A stretch of 64,000 bases of DNA from Chloroflexota bacterium (lineage in GTDB: Bacteria; Chloroflexota; UBA11872; VXOZ01). Each line of letters begins with the position of its first letter. Within the stretch, counting starts at the first letter, position 1. The notes beneath the pieces were generated by a model, which had not been told where the DNA came from, did no database searches, and saw nothing but the letters and a program-made list of their open reading frames with translations. The DNA lies in NCBI GenBank assembly GCA_965221905.1, contig OZ244922.1, positions 1,376,001 through 1,440,000 on the forward strand, written 5' to 3'. Below, piece by piece: positions 29,773 to 41,361 of this stretch. A program made the translations under genes and the position numbers.

Positions 29773-30968
29773 AGCGCCACCCCCAGTCCTTCAGCGACGA
29801 TGGTCATGTCTTTGTCTCCCCGGCCGGAGAGATTGATCAGGATAATGTGATCCTGCGGCAGGTCGCGCGCCATTTGCACGGCGTGGTACACGGCGTGGGC
29901 GGATTCAAGCGCGGGGATGATGCCTTCAGTTTTGCATAGAAGCTGGAAGCCCTCCAAAGATTGCTCGTCGGTCACGCCAACGTATTCTGCCCGCCCGATA
30001 TCCTTCAGGTAGCTGTGTTCGGGGCCAACGCCGGGGTAGTCCAGTCCCGCGGAAATGCTGTGGGGTTCATAGATCTGGCCCTCGTCGTCCTGCAGTAAGT
30101 AGCTTTTGGCGCCGTGGAGCGTGCCGGGTGTGCCTGCCACCAGCGTCGCCGCGTGCTCGCCGCTTTCGATGCCATGCCCGGCGGCTTCCACGCCCACCAG
30201 GCGCACCGCGGTGTCGTCCACAAAGGGATGGAAGATGCCCATGGCGTTGCTGCCGCCGCCAACACATGCCACTATGTCGTTGGGCAAGCGCCCAAGTTGC
30301 GTCAAGCACTGTTCGCGCGCTTCTTTGCCAATGACACTTTGCAGGTCGCGCACAATTGTCGGATAGGGGTGCGGGCCCACCACGGAGCCTATGATATAGT
30401 GCGTGGTCTCAACGTTGGTGACCCAGTCGCGGATGGTCTCGTTGATGGCGTCCTTAAGCGTGCGGCTGCCGGATAGTACCGGTACGACGGTCGTGCCGAG
30501 CAGCTTCATACGGAAGACGTTGAGCGTTTGGCGATACACGTCAACCTCGCCCATGTAGACGATACACTCGAGGCCGAGCATCGCGCACGCGGCAGCCGTA
30601 GCCACGCCGTGCTGTCCGGCGCCGGTCTCGGCGATGATGCGGTTGCGACCAAGGCGCTTGGCAAGCAACGCTTGACCGAGAGCGTTATTGATTTTGTGTG
30701 CGCCGGTATGCGCCAGGTCCTCGCGTTTGAGGTAAATCTGCGCGCCGCCGATCTCAGCACTCAAGCGGGCGGCGTGATAAATCGGCGTGGGGCGTCCCAC
30801 GTAGTGGTCCAGTAAATCGTTAAGCTCGCTTTGGAACTCAGCGTCGTCGGTGATGCTAGCGTAGGCTTCCTCTAATTCCTCGAGCGCTGGAATTACGGTC
30901 TCGGGAACATAGCGACCGCCGTAGTCACCGAACTGCCCCCGTACGGTCAGTGATGGTGTTGTTGCCAT
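29769..30968 (-). CDS. trpB: tryptophan synthase beta chain
   Basis: [45 protein letters not shown]. Confidence 0.98.
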   Translation of the reverse strand: MATTPSLTVRGQFGDYGGRYVPETVIPALEELEEAYASITDDAEFQSELNDLLDHYVGRPTPIYHAARLSAEIGGAQIYLKREDLAHTGAHKINNALGQALLAKRLGRNRIIAETGAGQHGVATAAACAMLGLECIVYMGEVDVYRQTLNVFRMKLLGTTVVPVLSGSRTLKDAINETIRDWVTNVETTHYIIGSVVGPHPYPTIVRDLQSVIGKEAREQCLTQLGRLPNDIVACVGGGSNAMGIFHPFVDDTAVRLVGVEAAGHGIESGEHAATLVAGTPGTLHGAKSYLLQDDEGQIYEPHSISAGLDYPGVGPEHSYLKDIGRAEYVGVTDEQSLEGFQLLCKTEGIIPALESAHAVYHAVQMARDLPQDHIILINLSGRGDKDMTIVAEGLGVAL

Positions 30969-31050
30969 GGGAGCGCTCCTTTTGCTATCCCTTACCCCGT
31001 GTGCGAGGTACGTAGTAGTGGTAAGTCTTCGTTTGCACGTGCGTTCGCGC

Positions 31051-32121
<1,071 letters not shown>

Positions 32122-32140
32122 AGTAGTCTATCCTCCTTGA

Positions 32141-32257
32141 TTAGAATGGTTTGGTAGTTTGGTCAGGGGTCATTCTTCTTTGGTTTGTAGGATCGAAATT
32201 CAAGTTGAGACCCGTAGGCATACATTCGCACTGCAAGTCAGCAACAATCTAGACGCT
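32141..32257 (-). pseudogene. possible eroded C-terminal remnant of a PIN toxin gene
   Basis: Frame ending at TAA 32141 reads *IVAD...LNLNFDPTNQRRMTPDQ, resembling from recall the SFDxDFDRTxxGRxTP tail of PIN toxins paired with DUF2281. Confidence 0.35.
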
Positions 32258-32467
32258 CTAGTCTCCCCACCATTCAAGTGACTTGCGCTGGAGATCAAGC
32301 GACGTATAGTGGTCTCGATACTCTCGCAGCGCTCCCGCCCAGGTTAAGCGTAGCTTGCCCTTGCGGCGTGGCTGCGCTTTCGTTTCCAGTAGAAAGCGTG
32401 CGAAGTCGTAGACTTCTTGCTGCAATTCCGGAGGCAATTCCTGTATTAACTCCTCTAGTCGTTTCAT
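32258..32467 (-). CDS. DUF2281 antitoxin-like protein
   Basis: LPPELQQEVYDFARFL...L.L.WAGAL......TS.DLQ....W; ATGA overlap with trpF. Confidence 0.82.
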   Translation of the reverse strand: MKRLEELIQELPPELQQEVYDFARFLLETKAQPRRKGKLRLTWAGALREYRDHYTSLDLQRKSLEWWGD

Positions 32468-33150
32468 AGAATTTCCTCGCGTGAAGGTGGACTGACTTTG
32501 GCTCGGCGGATGAACGCCGCAATCTTGTCCGGGTCTTTTGTCCCGCCGGTTTCCACGCCGCTGCTCACGTCCACTCCCCAGGGCCTTGCTTGTTTGATGG
32601 CGGCGCTAACGTTGTCCGGTGAAAGGCCGCCCGCGATTAGAGCAGGGCGGTCGCGCGGCGCGCCGCTTGCAAGCTCCCAGTCCCAGGTCTGACCTGTGCC
32701 GCCCGGCCCGTTGTCGGCCCCTTCCAGCACAAATGCTGCGGCCGCAATATACGGAGGCAAGCGGTCATAGTCCGCCGCCGAATGCAAATTAATGACCTTC
32801 CAGTATGGAATACTCAGTTCTAAGCAATAGTCAGGCGACTCGCTGCCGCACAATTGCGCGTACTGCAGTCCGCCCTCCCTAACCACGTGGCGCACCGTTG
32901 CCAGATCCTCATCGAGGAAAAGCCCCACGGTGGGCGGACATGCGGAGCCGAGCGCGCGAATGATGTCCCGGGTGGTGTCCACGGTCATAAACCGGCGTCT
33001 GCCCTTCACAAAGATGAATCCCAAGTAATCCGCGCCAAGCGTCGCGGCTGCTTCCGCATCGGCCAAGGCCATAATGCCGCAGATCTTTACTCTGGGTGCG
33101 TCAGCGCCGCTCGCTGGAGTCTGGTTTGCGGTTGCTTGAGGCGTCGTCAT
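32464..33150 (-). CDS. trpF: phosphoribosylanthranilate isomerase
   Basis: VKICGI, GGTGQTWDW, IAGGL.PDNV, GVDVSSGVE. Confidence 0.96.
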   Translation of the reverse strand: MTTPQATANQTPASGADAPRVKICGIMALADAEAAATLGADYLGFIFVKGRRRFMTVDTTRDIIRALGSACPPTVGLFLDEDLATVRHVVREGGLQYAQLCGSESPDYCLELSIPYWKVINLHSAADYDRLPPYIAAAAFVLEGADNGPGGTGQTWDWELASGAPRDRPALIAGGLSPDNVSAAIKQARPWGVDVSSGVETGGTKDPDKIAAFIRRAKVSPPSREEIL

Positions 33151-34001
33151 GTGGAGCTCCCGGACTGGACTCCGGCCCCGTTTCGAGAACGGGGCAGGCT
33201 TTTCGCCGGAGTGACGGGTGAGTCTTGTGCGGCAGCGACTAGCGCTGCTACTTTGGCCGCCGTATCGTGAGCGGTGACCAACGCTTCGCCGATTAGCATC
33301 GCGTCAACTTCCTCGACGCGAAGCTGCGCAACGTCTGCGGGCGTATGAATGCCGCTTTCACTTACTACTAAGCGGTCACTGGGAATGAGCTTGCGGAGTG
33401 ACGCCGTGGTCTCCAACGTCGTCTCGAAGGTGTGCAGGTTGCGGTTGTTGACGCCGATGATGGCCGCATCAACCGCTAGGGCCTGTTCAACTTCCTCCGC
33501 CGTATGTACCTCTACGATAGTTGCCATGCCCCACTCTTCAGCGCAGCGCAGCAACGCCTGCATGCGCGCGGGCTGAAGCGCGGCCACGATGAGAAGGATC
33601 GCGTCAGCGCCCGCTGCACGGGCTTCAACCACATGGTATTCGTCGGTCGTAAAGTCCTTGCGCAATGCGGGCAGAGACGTGGCGGCGCGGGCAGCGGCGA
33701 GGTCGGCCAGCGACCCTTGGAAGAACCGTGCGTCAGTGAGCACCGAGAGAGCGCTGGCTCCGCCGGCTTCATAGGTTTGGGCAAGAGCCGCCGGGTCGAG
33801 GTCGGGCGCAAACACGCCTTTCGAGGGCGAGGCACGTTTGAATTCGGCGATTAGGCGAATGCCCTCTTGCCGCAGCGCCGCCGCAAAGTCACGCGGCGGG
33901 TCCGCCGATTCAGCCTTTCGCGCTAGGTCACGCAGCGGTACCGCCGCTTGGCGTTCCGCCAACTCACGCTCTTTGTGTTCCAGGATGGTATCGAGAATCA
34001 T
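33147..34001 (-). CDS. trpC: indole-3-glycerol phosphate synthase
   Basis: IAEFKRASPSKG, LSVLTD..FFQG, LRKDF, GVNNRNL, VSESGI; start at MILDTIL. Confidence 0.96.
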   Translation of the reverse strand: MILDTILEHKERELAERQAAVPLRDLARKAESADPPRDFAAALRQEGIRLIAEFKRASPSKGVFAPDLDPAALAQTYEAGGASALSVLTDARFFQGSLADLAAARAATSLPALRKDFTTDEYHVVEARAAGADAILLIVAALQPARMQALLRCAEEWGMATIVEVHTAEEVEQALAVDAAIIGVNNRNLHTFETTLETTASLRKLIPSDRLVVSESGIHTPADVAQLRVEEVDAMLIGEALVTAHDTAAKVAALVAAAQDSPVTPAKSLPRSRNGAGVQSGSST

Positions 34002-34011
34002 TTCTATGCCC

Positions 34012-35028
34012 TCAAGCGAGACTCTGGCTAAGGCTGGCGAGCGATTCCAGCTTGGCGGCGGCCTGCCCGCTATCGATAGCGGCGGCAGCCTGCTGCGCCC
34101 CATCTTTCCAGTCACCGGCTCTTCCACTCACGACAAGGCCCGCAGCGGCATTCATGACCACCACGTCGCGGCGTGGACCTGCTTTACCGCCTAAAACGTC
34201 GCGCACGTATTGTGCATTTTCTTCCACCGAGCCTCCTGAGATTTCACTCACGGGCGATTTGGCGAGGCCGAAGTCGTCCGGTTCCAGGCGGTAGCTGCTT
34301 ACGTCGTTGCCATCCCACTCGGTCACCAATGTGGGGCCGCTATTAGAGATTTCGTCCACGCCGTCGGCCTCACCGTGCACGACGAGTGCGCGGCGCACGC
34401 CGAGCGCGCCAAGCGCTCGGGCGATGTCTTCGGAAATTCCTGGATCGGCGACGCCAAACAGTCGATAGCTTGCGCGGGCGGGGTTGGTGAGCGGGCCGAG
34501 AATGTTGAAGATCGTGCGGATGCCGATTTCGCGGCGCAGCGGCGCGGCGAATTTCATCGCCGGATGGTATGACTGTGCGAACATGAACCCCATGCCGACT
34601 TCCTCGATACACTGCGCCACCGCCTCGGGGCCAAGCTCGATCTGCACGCCGAGAGCCTCCAGCACGTCGGCGCTGCCGCAGGCGCTGCTCATGGCGCGGT
34701 TGCCGTGCTTTGCCACGGGCTGTCCGGCCGCCGCCAGGACGAGAGCGGTAGCGGTGGAGATATTGAAGGTACCCACGCCGTCACCGCCGGTGCCGCAGGT
34801 ATCGGCAACCGGCTGGCTGACTGCCACAGGCACCGCTCTGTCGCGCATGACGGCGAGGCAGCCGGCGATCTCGTCGGCCGTTTCGCCTTTGGCGCGAAGC
34901 GCGGTGACAAATGCGCCGAACTGTGCCGGAGTGCAGGCCGCTTCCATGATCTCGGTCATTACCGCGGCCGCTTCGTCACGCGTAAGCGACCCGCCTTCGA
35001 TCACTTTGGTCGTAGCTTCACGAATCAT
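34012..35028 (-). CDS. trpD: anthranilate phosphoribosyltransferase
   Basis: DTCGTGGDG..TFNIST, KHGNR, GSADVLEALG. Confidence 0.97.
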   Translation of the reverse strand: MIREATTKVIEGGSLTRDEAAAVMTEIMEAACTPAQFGAFVTALRAKGETADEIAGCLAVMRDRAVPVAVSQPVADTCGTGGDGVGTFNISTATALVLAAAGQPVAKHGNRAMSSACGSADVLEALGVQIELGPEAVAQCIEEVGMGFMFAQSYHPAMKFAAPLRREIGIRTIFNILGPLTNPARASYRLFGVADPGISEDIARALGALGVRRALVVHGEADGVDEISNSGPTLVTEWDGNDVSSYRLEPDDFGLAKSPVSEISGGSVEENAQYVRDVLGGKAGPRRDVVVMNAAAGLVVSGRAGDWKDGAQQAAAAIDSGQAAAKLESLASLSQSLA

Positions 35029-35648
35029 TGTCCCGCTCCCTCGTGCGGAGAATCCGTGAGGGCTTCCCGCGCGCTATGCTGCTCGACGATATTGAGAAAG
35101 TTCTGGAGTAGCTTCTTTCCCTCAACAGTAAGGATGGACTCGGGGTGAAACTGGACTCCATAGATTGGGTATTCCCGGTGGCGCACGCTCATAATCGTCC
35201 CATCATCTGCCCGTGCCGTCACGTCGAGGGAAGATGGGAAGCGCGCGGGATCGACGATCAGTGAATGGTACCGTGTCGCGACGAATGGATTCTCTAGGCC
35301 AGCAAACACATCTCTGTCGTTGTGGTGGATCATCGAGGTCTTCCCGTGCATCAGTGTATCCGCTCGTATGACGTTGCCGCCGAATACTTGACCAACGCAC
35401 TGGTGGCCGAGGCAGACCCCAAGAATCGGAATCTTGCCGGCCGCCTGCGCAATGAGCTCGTTTGAAATACCGGCTTCGTTGGGCGTGCACGGACCTGGAG
35501 AGATCACGATGCCAGCGGGCTTACTTGCCAACACCGCTTCGGTTGTGGTCTTGTCGTTGCGCGCCACTTCCATCTCGGCGCCGAGTTCGCCCATGTATTG
35601 CACCAAATTGTACGTAAACGAGTCGTAGTTATCGAGCATGAAAATCAC
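35025..35648 (-). CDS. trpG: anthranilate synthase component II (glutamine amidotransferase)
   Basis: DNYDSFTYNL, SPGP, GVCLGHQ, QFHPES; GTG start 35648. Confidence 0.95.
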   Translation of the reverse strand: MIFMLDNYDSFTYNLVQYMGELGAEMEVARNDKTTTEAVLASKPAGIVISPGPCTPNEAGISNELIAQAAGKIPILGVCLGHQCVGQVFGGNVIRADTLMHGKTSMIHHNDRDVFAGLENPFVATRYHSLIVDPARFPSSLDVTARADDGTIMSVRHREYPIYGVQFHPESILTVEGKKLLQNFLNIVEQHSAREALTDSPHEGAGQ

Positions 35649-37149
35649 GTTCCATCTCCTCCGCAACGTCAATTGCCCGCATGGTTGAGGCAGCTTTGTT
35701 GCACACCTCTTGGTACTCCTCTTCGGGATCGGAATCCGCCACAATACCGCCGCCGGCCTGGATGTAGGCGGTGCCATCTTGCACAGTCATCGTGCGAATC
35801 GTAATTGCCATATCCATGTTGCCGGAATAGTCGAAATAGCCGACCGCTCCCCCGTAGGGGCCACGAGTCGTGCCTTCGAGCTCGGAGATGATCTCCATGG
35901 CGCGCACTTTAGGGGCGCCGGAGAGCGTTCCCGCCGGAAAACACGAGCGCAGCGCGTCGAATGCGGTCTTATCCGGCAAGAGCTCTCCTTCCACTTGAGA
36001 AACAATGTGCATCACGTGGGAGAACTCCTCGACCACCATGAGCGTTGGGACATGCACCGAGCCGGGGCGGCATACGCGTCCAAGGTCGTTGCGACCGAGG
36101 TCCACGAGCATGATGTGTTCAGCGCGTTCTTTTTCGCTGGCAAGCAGCTCCTCGGCCAGCGCCGCGTCTTCCTGCGGTGTGCTGCCGCGACGGCGGGTAC
36201 CGGCAATGGGGCGGGTGGTGGCGTGAGACCCTTCCACGCGAACCAGCATCTCAGGTGAGGCGCCGACAATTTGCACGTCGTCCAAATCTAGGTAGTACAT
36301 GTACGGTGATGGGTTGACCATGCGCAGCGCGCGGTAGACTGAGTAAGGATGCACCCCCAAGGAGCGGGACCAGCGTAAACCGAGGACGGACTGAATAATG
36401 TCTCCCGCTGCGATGTATTCCTTAGCGGAGCGTACCATTGCATGATGCTGTGCTTCGGTCTTGCTTGGCATGGCCGCGCCGGCGTCGCCCGAACCGCGCA
36501 CTGTCGGCACAGCGCATTGCAGCCGCGCGTTGATCTCCTCGATCGCCGCAACTGCCTTTTGGTAGTTCTCGTCAGCATCTCCGTGGGGAGAGACGTAAGA
36601 GATGATGGTAAGGCTGTGCTTCACGTGGTCGAACATAATCAAGCTATCCGTGAACATGAAAACCGCTTCAGGTACGGGCAGTGCATTCTCCGCGGGTAGC
36701 GGCACGCGGGGCTCAAAGTAGCGCACGGACTCGTAACTGAGATAGCCGACGGCACCGCCTTGAAAGCGCGGCAGACCGGGCATTACGGCGAGATCGGTCT
36801 TGGAGAGTTCTTCTTCCAGGAGTTTCAATGGGTCAGTGTACGTGCAATCCTCGCGCTCTCCATGCTGCGTGCGGGTTGCCGTACCGTTATCCATGCGAAT
36901 GATCGTGGACGGATTCGTACCGATGAAAGAGTACCGCCCCAGGCTCTCGCTGCCTTGTACGCTTTCGAGCAGAAATGAGTAGCTGCCCTGCGCGATCTTC
37001 AGATAGGCAGAGACGGGCGTTTCCAGGTCTGCGGGAATGGTGTGCGAAATGGGAACGGTAAGTCCCTGGGAGGTGAGAGAACGCACCGTAGCCCGGTCCG
37101 GTTGAATGCCGGAAAATACTGTGCCCGGCGCGGATTGTATGACTGCCAT
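35629..37149 (-). CDS. trpE: anthranilate synthase component I
   Basis: FLLES, NPSPYM, AEHIMLVDLGRND, GAPKVRAMEII. Confidence 0.96.
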   Translation of the reverse strand: MAVIQSAPGTVFSGIQPDRATVRSLTSQGLTVPISHTIPADLETPVSAYLKIAQGSYSFLLESVQGSESLGRYSFIGTNPSTIIRMDNGTATRTQHGEREDCTYTDPLKLLEEELSKTDLAVMPGLPRFQGGAVGYLSYESVRYFEPRVPLPAENALPVPEAVFMFTDSLIMFDHVKHSLTIISYVSPHGDADENYQKAVAAIEEINARLQCAVPTVRGSGDAGAAMPSKTEAQHHAMVRSAKEYIAAGDIIQSVLGLRWSRSLGVHPYSVYRALRMVNPSPYMYYLDLDDVQIVGASPEMLVRVEGSHATTRPIAGTRRRGSTPQEDAALAEELLASEKERAEHIMLVDLGRNDLGRVCRPGSVHVPTLMVVEEFSHVMHIVSQVEGELLPDKTAFDALRSCFPAGTLSGAPKVRAMEIISELEGTTRGPYGGAVGYFDYSGNMDMAITIRTMTVQDGTAYIQAGGGIVADSDPEEEYQEVCNKAASTMRAIDVAEEMERDFHAR

Positions 37150-37336
37150 GGTAATCCCTTAGTCGTTTAATCGTTAGAAGTAGGTCTAGGTCTTGTTTGA
37201 GGTAGCGTGTACGGTAGGACCGGCCAAGACCACCGCCAGCGGTTGGATAGAAGGCCAAGCACGCGAGAGTGCGCACTGCGGCGGTTTGTGATCGCCTTTA
37301 CTATGTTCCCCATCCGTCAGCCCCCCAAATTAAAGT

Positions 37337-37362
37337 AAAAACTCGTCCCCAAAAGGGACGAG
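37337..37362 (-). terminator. T-box intrinsic terminator
   Basis: Minus strand CTCGTCCC-loop-GGGACGAG-TTTTT. Confidence 0.85.
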
Positions 37363-37648
37363 ATGGATCTCGCGGTGCCACCCTTCTTGGCTGCAGACGC
37401 AGCCCACTTCATTCATTCAAGCACTCCCCGCTCGCGCAGTTGTATACTTGCCCCAAAGTATACGGTAGGGGCTCCGTTGACGCCTACTCGGCTGCCAATA
37501 CAACCGACATCACACTTGTCCGTTATACGGCGACCTTTCAGGTCACAGCTCCCAGGCCCATTCCGCTGACTGCGCACCACCGGGCTCCCACCGTTACCCG
37601 GCTCTCTGGAGGCCGCCTTGGCAGCGTACTCTTCCTGATCTTAGCCTT
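37337..37648 (-). ncRNA. Trp-specific T-box riboswitch
   Basis: Minus strand: stem I with AGAGA and GGUG elements; specifier GAA-UGG (37560-37558); T-box AAGGGTGGCACCGCG (37385-37371); terminator. Confidence 0.93.
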
Positions 37649-37671
37649 TAGCATCTTCAATTGTGCATTGT

Positions 37672-37700
37672 ATTCTACGAAAGCCGCACAATGCTGTCAA
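37672..37700 (-). promoter_or_regulatory. trp operon sigma70 promoter
   Basis: TTGACA(37700-37695)-17 nt-TAGAAT(37677-37672); the -35 box contains the stop codon of the upstream gene. Confidence 0.8.
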
Positions 37701-38704
37701 GGGCTCGAGAGCACAACCGTGGGGGTGGGCTCTATGATGATGGGCGGTGATGGTTGCACTGTCGGTTGTATCGGAATTGGTGTTGTAGCTGGCGGCGGGT
37801 ACAGAAGCTCCGAGACCTTCACTATGCGATAGCCCTGCTTGTCGAGTTCGGTCAATATGTCAGGCAACGCCTCCAGTGTCTGCGGGCTGCCCAGGTGAGC
37901 GAGAATGATGGCACCGTTATCTAGGCGGTCGTGGATACGCTGCATGATGAGAGCCGGTGTAGCGTCTTCACGCCAATCGATTGTGTCTATCGACCAGTAG
38001 ATACTGCGGTAGCCTTCGCGTGCTACGACGTCGGCGACGTGGGAGTTGCGCGCGCCGTATGGGAAGCGAAACCAGGGCTTGGTGCTAATTCCCGCCACAC
38101 GGTTGACGATCTCTTCCGTGCGGGAAAGCTCCGTGCGGATGGCATCATCTTCTAGCTCGGTAAAGTCGGGGTGTGCGTAGGAGTGGTTTCCGATTTCGTG
38201 CCCGTCGGCGATCATCTCACGGACAAGCTCCGGGTAGCGCTCGGCGAATTGCCCGGTAATGAAGATCGTTAATTGCACCTCGTGCTGGCGTAGTAACTCC
38301 AACATCGCAGGGGTAAAGGCTGCAACTGAGCCGCCGTCAAGCGTGAGCGCTACAGCGGGTTGACCTGAGTCCCCGCGCACTACCTCGTGGATGAGGACCT
38401 CGTAAGGGAGATTCGTCAAGTCGGGCGTGGCATAAGGGACTGCTGTGGCGACGACGGCTACTGGCCCAGTATGGGGCGTAGGTATGGGCGTGGCTACGAG
38501 GGAACTCGACACAGGGGGTGTGGGCGGTATGCTACGCCCCAACGTCATCTGGTTAGTACCAGCTTGCGTGCAAGCTGCGCAGAGCGTGATGAACAAGGCT
38601 ATCCAGCGTAGTCGGGTTAAGGCCGCAGACCACGCCCCAACTTGCTTGAGCAGCTGGCTGCGAAGAACGAAAGGGTCAAACCTTACACGCTCACGTATTA
38701 ACAT
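37697..38704 (-). CDS. polysaccharide deacetylase (CE4/NodB), probably membrane-anchored or a lipoprotein
   Basis: ALTLDGG, GHEIGNHSYAHP, FRFPYG, WSIDTIDW, IILAH; P/T-rich linkers; start uncertain (ORF to 38797). Confidence 0.88.
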   Translation of the reverse strand: MLIRERVRFDPFVLRSQLLKQVGAWSAALTRLRWIALFITLCAACTQAGTNQMTLGRSIPPTPPVSSSLVATPIPTPHTGPVAVVATAVPYATPDLTNLPYEVLIHEVVRGDSGQPAVALTLDGGSVAAFTPAMLELLRQHEVQLTIFITGQFAERYPELVREMIADGHEIGNHSYAHPDFTELEDDAIRTELSRTEEIVNRVAGISTKPWFRFPYGARNSHVADVVAREGYRSIYWSIDTIDWREDATPALIMQRIHDRLDNGAIILAHLGSPQTLEALPDILTELDKQGYRIVKVSELLYPPPATTPIPIQPTVQPSPPIIIEPTPTVVLSSP

Positions 38705-38946
38705 AATAATTAACCGCAATCTACGTGTAGTGCCGGACGGCTCGTCAGAGCGTAGGCAAATCCTACAACCGTATTGTAGACAGAGAGAGTTGATCAAGCA
38801 TCTATTCTAGTGTAATGCTAGACTCATTCTAAGCTCAAGAGGAGATTTCTAGATCGATTTTTACTGCAAGTGATGGCGGTCTAGTAATAGGGATTCTTGT
38901 ATCTCCAGGATGGAAAAGGGCGTTTGACCTCGCAAAGGAGATTGGC

Positions 38947-39588
38947 ATGAGCCGATCGGCGCTGATGAATGAGCTGCTTGAAGCTAAGATAACCGCGGTT
39001 GTGCGTACCAAGACTGCGGAACAGGCAGTGCAGACCGCACATGCGCTGTATGCTGCCGGTATTCGGCTAGTTGAAATAACCTTTACGGTGCCGGACGCTG
39101 CAACGGTCATCGGCATGGTGACAGCGGAGAAGCCTGCCAATTGCCTGGTAGGGGCGGGTACCGTGACTACCGCGGAGCAGGCGCGAGCGGCGCTGGCGTC
39201 CGGCGCGCAATTCATTGTCGGACCGGTCCATCGTCCCGCGCTCGTGGCGCTCGCGCACGAGGCGGACGTGCCCTGCATCATGGCCGGTCTCACGCCGACG
39301 GAAATCTTGGACGTCTATGAATCCGGATCGGACATGGTGAAGGTTTTTCCCATCGATAGTGTCGGCGGGACGGGCTACGTCAAGTCAGTGCTGGGACCGC
39401 TCCCCGGCATTCCTATTGTGGCGTCCGGCGGAATTGGCTACGACAACTACCGCGCATACTTGGCGGCAGGAGCGGTTGGTGTAGCCCTTGGTTCCGGCCT
39501 CATGCCTACAGTGCTGATCGCAGCCGGCGACTATTCCGGCCTCACCGACTTCTCACGGCGGTTTGTGGAAAAATTGGCGTTAGCATGA
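38947..39588 (+). CDS. eda: KDPG/KHG aldolase
   Basis: LVEITF, VGAGTV, GAQFIV, TPTEI, VKVFP, SGGI. Confidence 0.9.
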   Translation: MSRSALMNELLEAKITAVVRTKTAEQAVQTAHALYAAGIRLVEITFTVPDAATVIGMVTAEKPANCLVGAGTVTTAEQARAALASGAQFIVGPVHRPALVALAHEADVPCIMAGLTPTEILDVYESGSDMVKVFPIDSVGGTGYVKSVLGPLPGIPIVASGGIGYDNYRAYLAAGAVGVALGSGLMPTVLIAAGDYSGLTDFSRRFVEKLALA

Positions 39589-39671
39589 GGGTGCGCGAGG
39601 AGATTCGAAGGGCGGCCCGCGTACGGTTCTCCTCACTTGTATGAGACGGTGGGGCTGCAGAAGGGTCGGAT

Positions 39672-40607
39672 ATGCCTGACATACTATCCCTTGGCGAGAG
39701 TATGGTGGAGTTCTTTGCCGAGGAGCCGCTCTCGCAGGCGGAGCAGTTGCAGAAAGCCTTTGCCGGTGACGCGCTTAACTTGCTGGCGGCGGCGTCTCGT
39801 CTGGGAAGCTCGACCGGCTTTCTCTCGCGCATCGGCAACGATCCATTTCAGGAGTTCCTGCTGAATGGTTGGGAGAGTCTGGGAATCGATACGTCACGCG
39901 TGAAGCGGGTGGAGGGGCGGAATGGCATCTACTTCATCTCCATTTTCGGCCACGGTGAACGAGAGTTTACCTACTACCGGGCCGGCAGCGCGCCGAGCAC
40001 CATGACACCCGCCGACCTAGACCCCCACTACATCGCCCAGGCAAAGATTCTGCATATCAGCGGTATCACCCAGGCGATCTCCGAAACGGCCCGCGCTACG
40101 GCGCTGGCGGCAGCGCGCATGGCCGGAGATGCTGGAGTGCGCGTCTCGTTCGATCCCAATCTGCGGCCCGCGCTCTGGTCGGTGGCCGAGGCGCGCGCAG
40201 CGACCGAGGAACTCTTGCCCTACGTGGACATTGCCTTACCCAGCGGCCCGGAGGAGTCCGAGCAGTTATTCGGTGCTTCTTCCGCCCGGGAGACAGCGGA
40301 CTACCTCCATAGCAGAGGCGTGGATACGGTTGCGGTAAAGCAGGGGGAAGCCGGGGTGCTGCTTAGCACAGACGGCGTCGTACAGACCATACCGGCATTC
40401 ACCGTTCCCGATGTTGTGGACACTACCGGCGCGGGCGATGCATTCGACGGCGCGTTTCTGCACGGCCTGGTGCAGGGCATGTCCCCAGTGGAAGCAGCCA
40501 GATTAGGCGTGGTCATGGCCGGCCTGAAGGTGCGCGGTAGAGGCGCGATAGCCAGCTTGCCGCAGAAGAGCGAAGTCGAGGCCGCGCTCGCCGCCTGGGA
40601 AAAGTGA
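39672..40607 (+). CDS. kdgK: PfkB sugar kinase, likely 2-dehydro-3-deoxygluconokinase
   Basis: GD.LN...SRLG, YYRAGSA, SFDPNLRPALW, DTTGAGDAF; adjacent to eda. Confidence 0.8.
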   Translation: MPDILSLGESMVEFFAEEPLSQAEQLQKAFAGDALNLLAAASRLGSSTGFLSRIGNDPFQEFLLNGWESLGIDTSRVKRVEGRNGIYFISIFGHGEREFTYYRAGSAPSTMTPADLDPHYIAQAKILHISGITQAISETARATALAAARMAGDAGVRVSFDPNLRPALWSVAEARAATEELLPYVDIALPSGPEESEQLFGASSARETADYLHSRGVDTVAVKQGEAGVLLSTDGVVQTIPAFTVPDVVDTTGAGDAFDGAFLHGLVQGMSPVEAARLGVVMAGLKVRGRGAIASLPQKSEVEAALAAWEK

Positions 40608-40631
40608 GTGCAGGAATATTAGGCGCAATGC

Positions 40632-41309
40632 CTAAAGCATCGGCAGATCGGCCAAGGAGAGAGTCTGCCACCAGTGACCGGCGTCGAGTACCTGCAACAT
40701 GAAGTGGGGCGTGCCGAGCGGTGTGACGATGCAGGACGGATCGAGCGCGGGGTAGTCTGGGTTGGCAAAGAGCTCCGCTCCCGCCTCCAGCAGATTGTCT
40801 AAGGTCAGTGCTTGCTGAGCCGCTGCTATGAGCAAGGGTTGGCCCAGAGCGAGAAGAGCGGCGACGTCTTCTCCAGGCTGGGGCCTTCCCTGCAGGTGGG
40901 CGAAGTATTCCACGCCGTACACGGTTTGCAGGTCGCCAAAGGGGTTGTCCGGCGGACGAAACGCGGCGGCATAGAGCAGGGCCGGCGCCGGTACGTCTTC
41001 TACATCTACTGCATAGATGTCGCTATTGATGTTGAGATAGTAGGTCTCGCGGCTTGAGAAGAGCTTCACGCTACAGCCGGTGTCGGCTTCACCGTGGCGT
41101 CGGGCGGCGTCCTGCCAGGATTCGCCTGCCGCGCACATGCCTCCAATGCCCCAGAGCGGGAGCGATTGCGCGCCATTCTCCAGCTCTTGTACGTACTGTG
41201 GCCCAGGCAGAGAAAAGAGCAGCTTGTTCTGGCGCAGGCCGACAATGCCGGCGAAGCCGGAAGACCCGGCAAAGCGCTGGTCTACTGCGCCAAAGTCACG
41301 GAGTCGCAT
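40632..41309 (-). CDS. hypothetical protein with a degenerate Nudix box
   Basis: GIGGMCAAGESWQDAARRHGEADTG. Confidence 0.55.
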   Translation of the reverse strand: MRLRDFGAVDQRFAGSSGFAGIVGLRQNKLLFSLPGPQYVQELENGAQSLPLWGIGGMCAAGESWQDAARRHGEADTGCSVKLFSSRETYYLNINSDIYAVDVEDVPAPALLYAAAFRPPDNPFGDLQTVYGVEYFAHLQGRPQPGEDVAALLALGQPLLIAAAQQALTLDNLLEAGAELFANPDYPALDPSCIVTPLGTPHFMLQVLDAGHWWQTLSLADLPML

Positions 41310-41361
41310 GGCCGTTGGCCTTTTAGGGTTGTGCCGGTCCTTACAGTCCTAGGAACCATAG

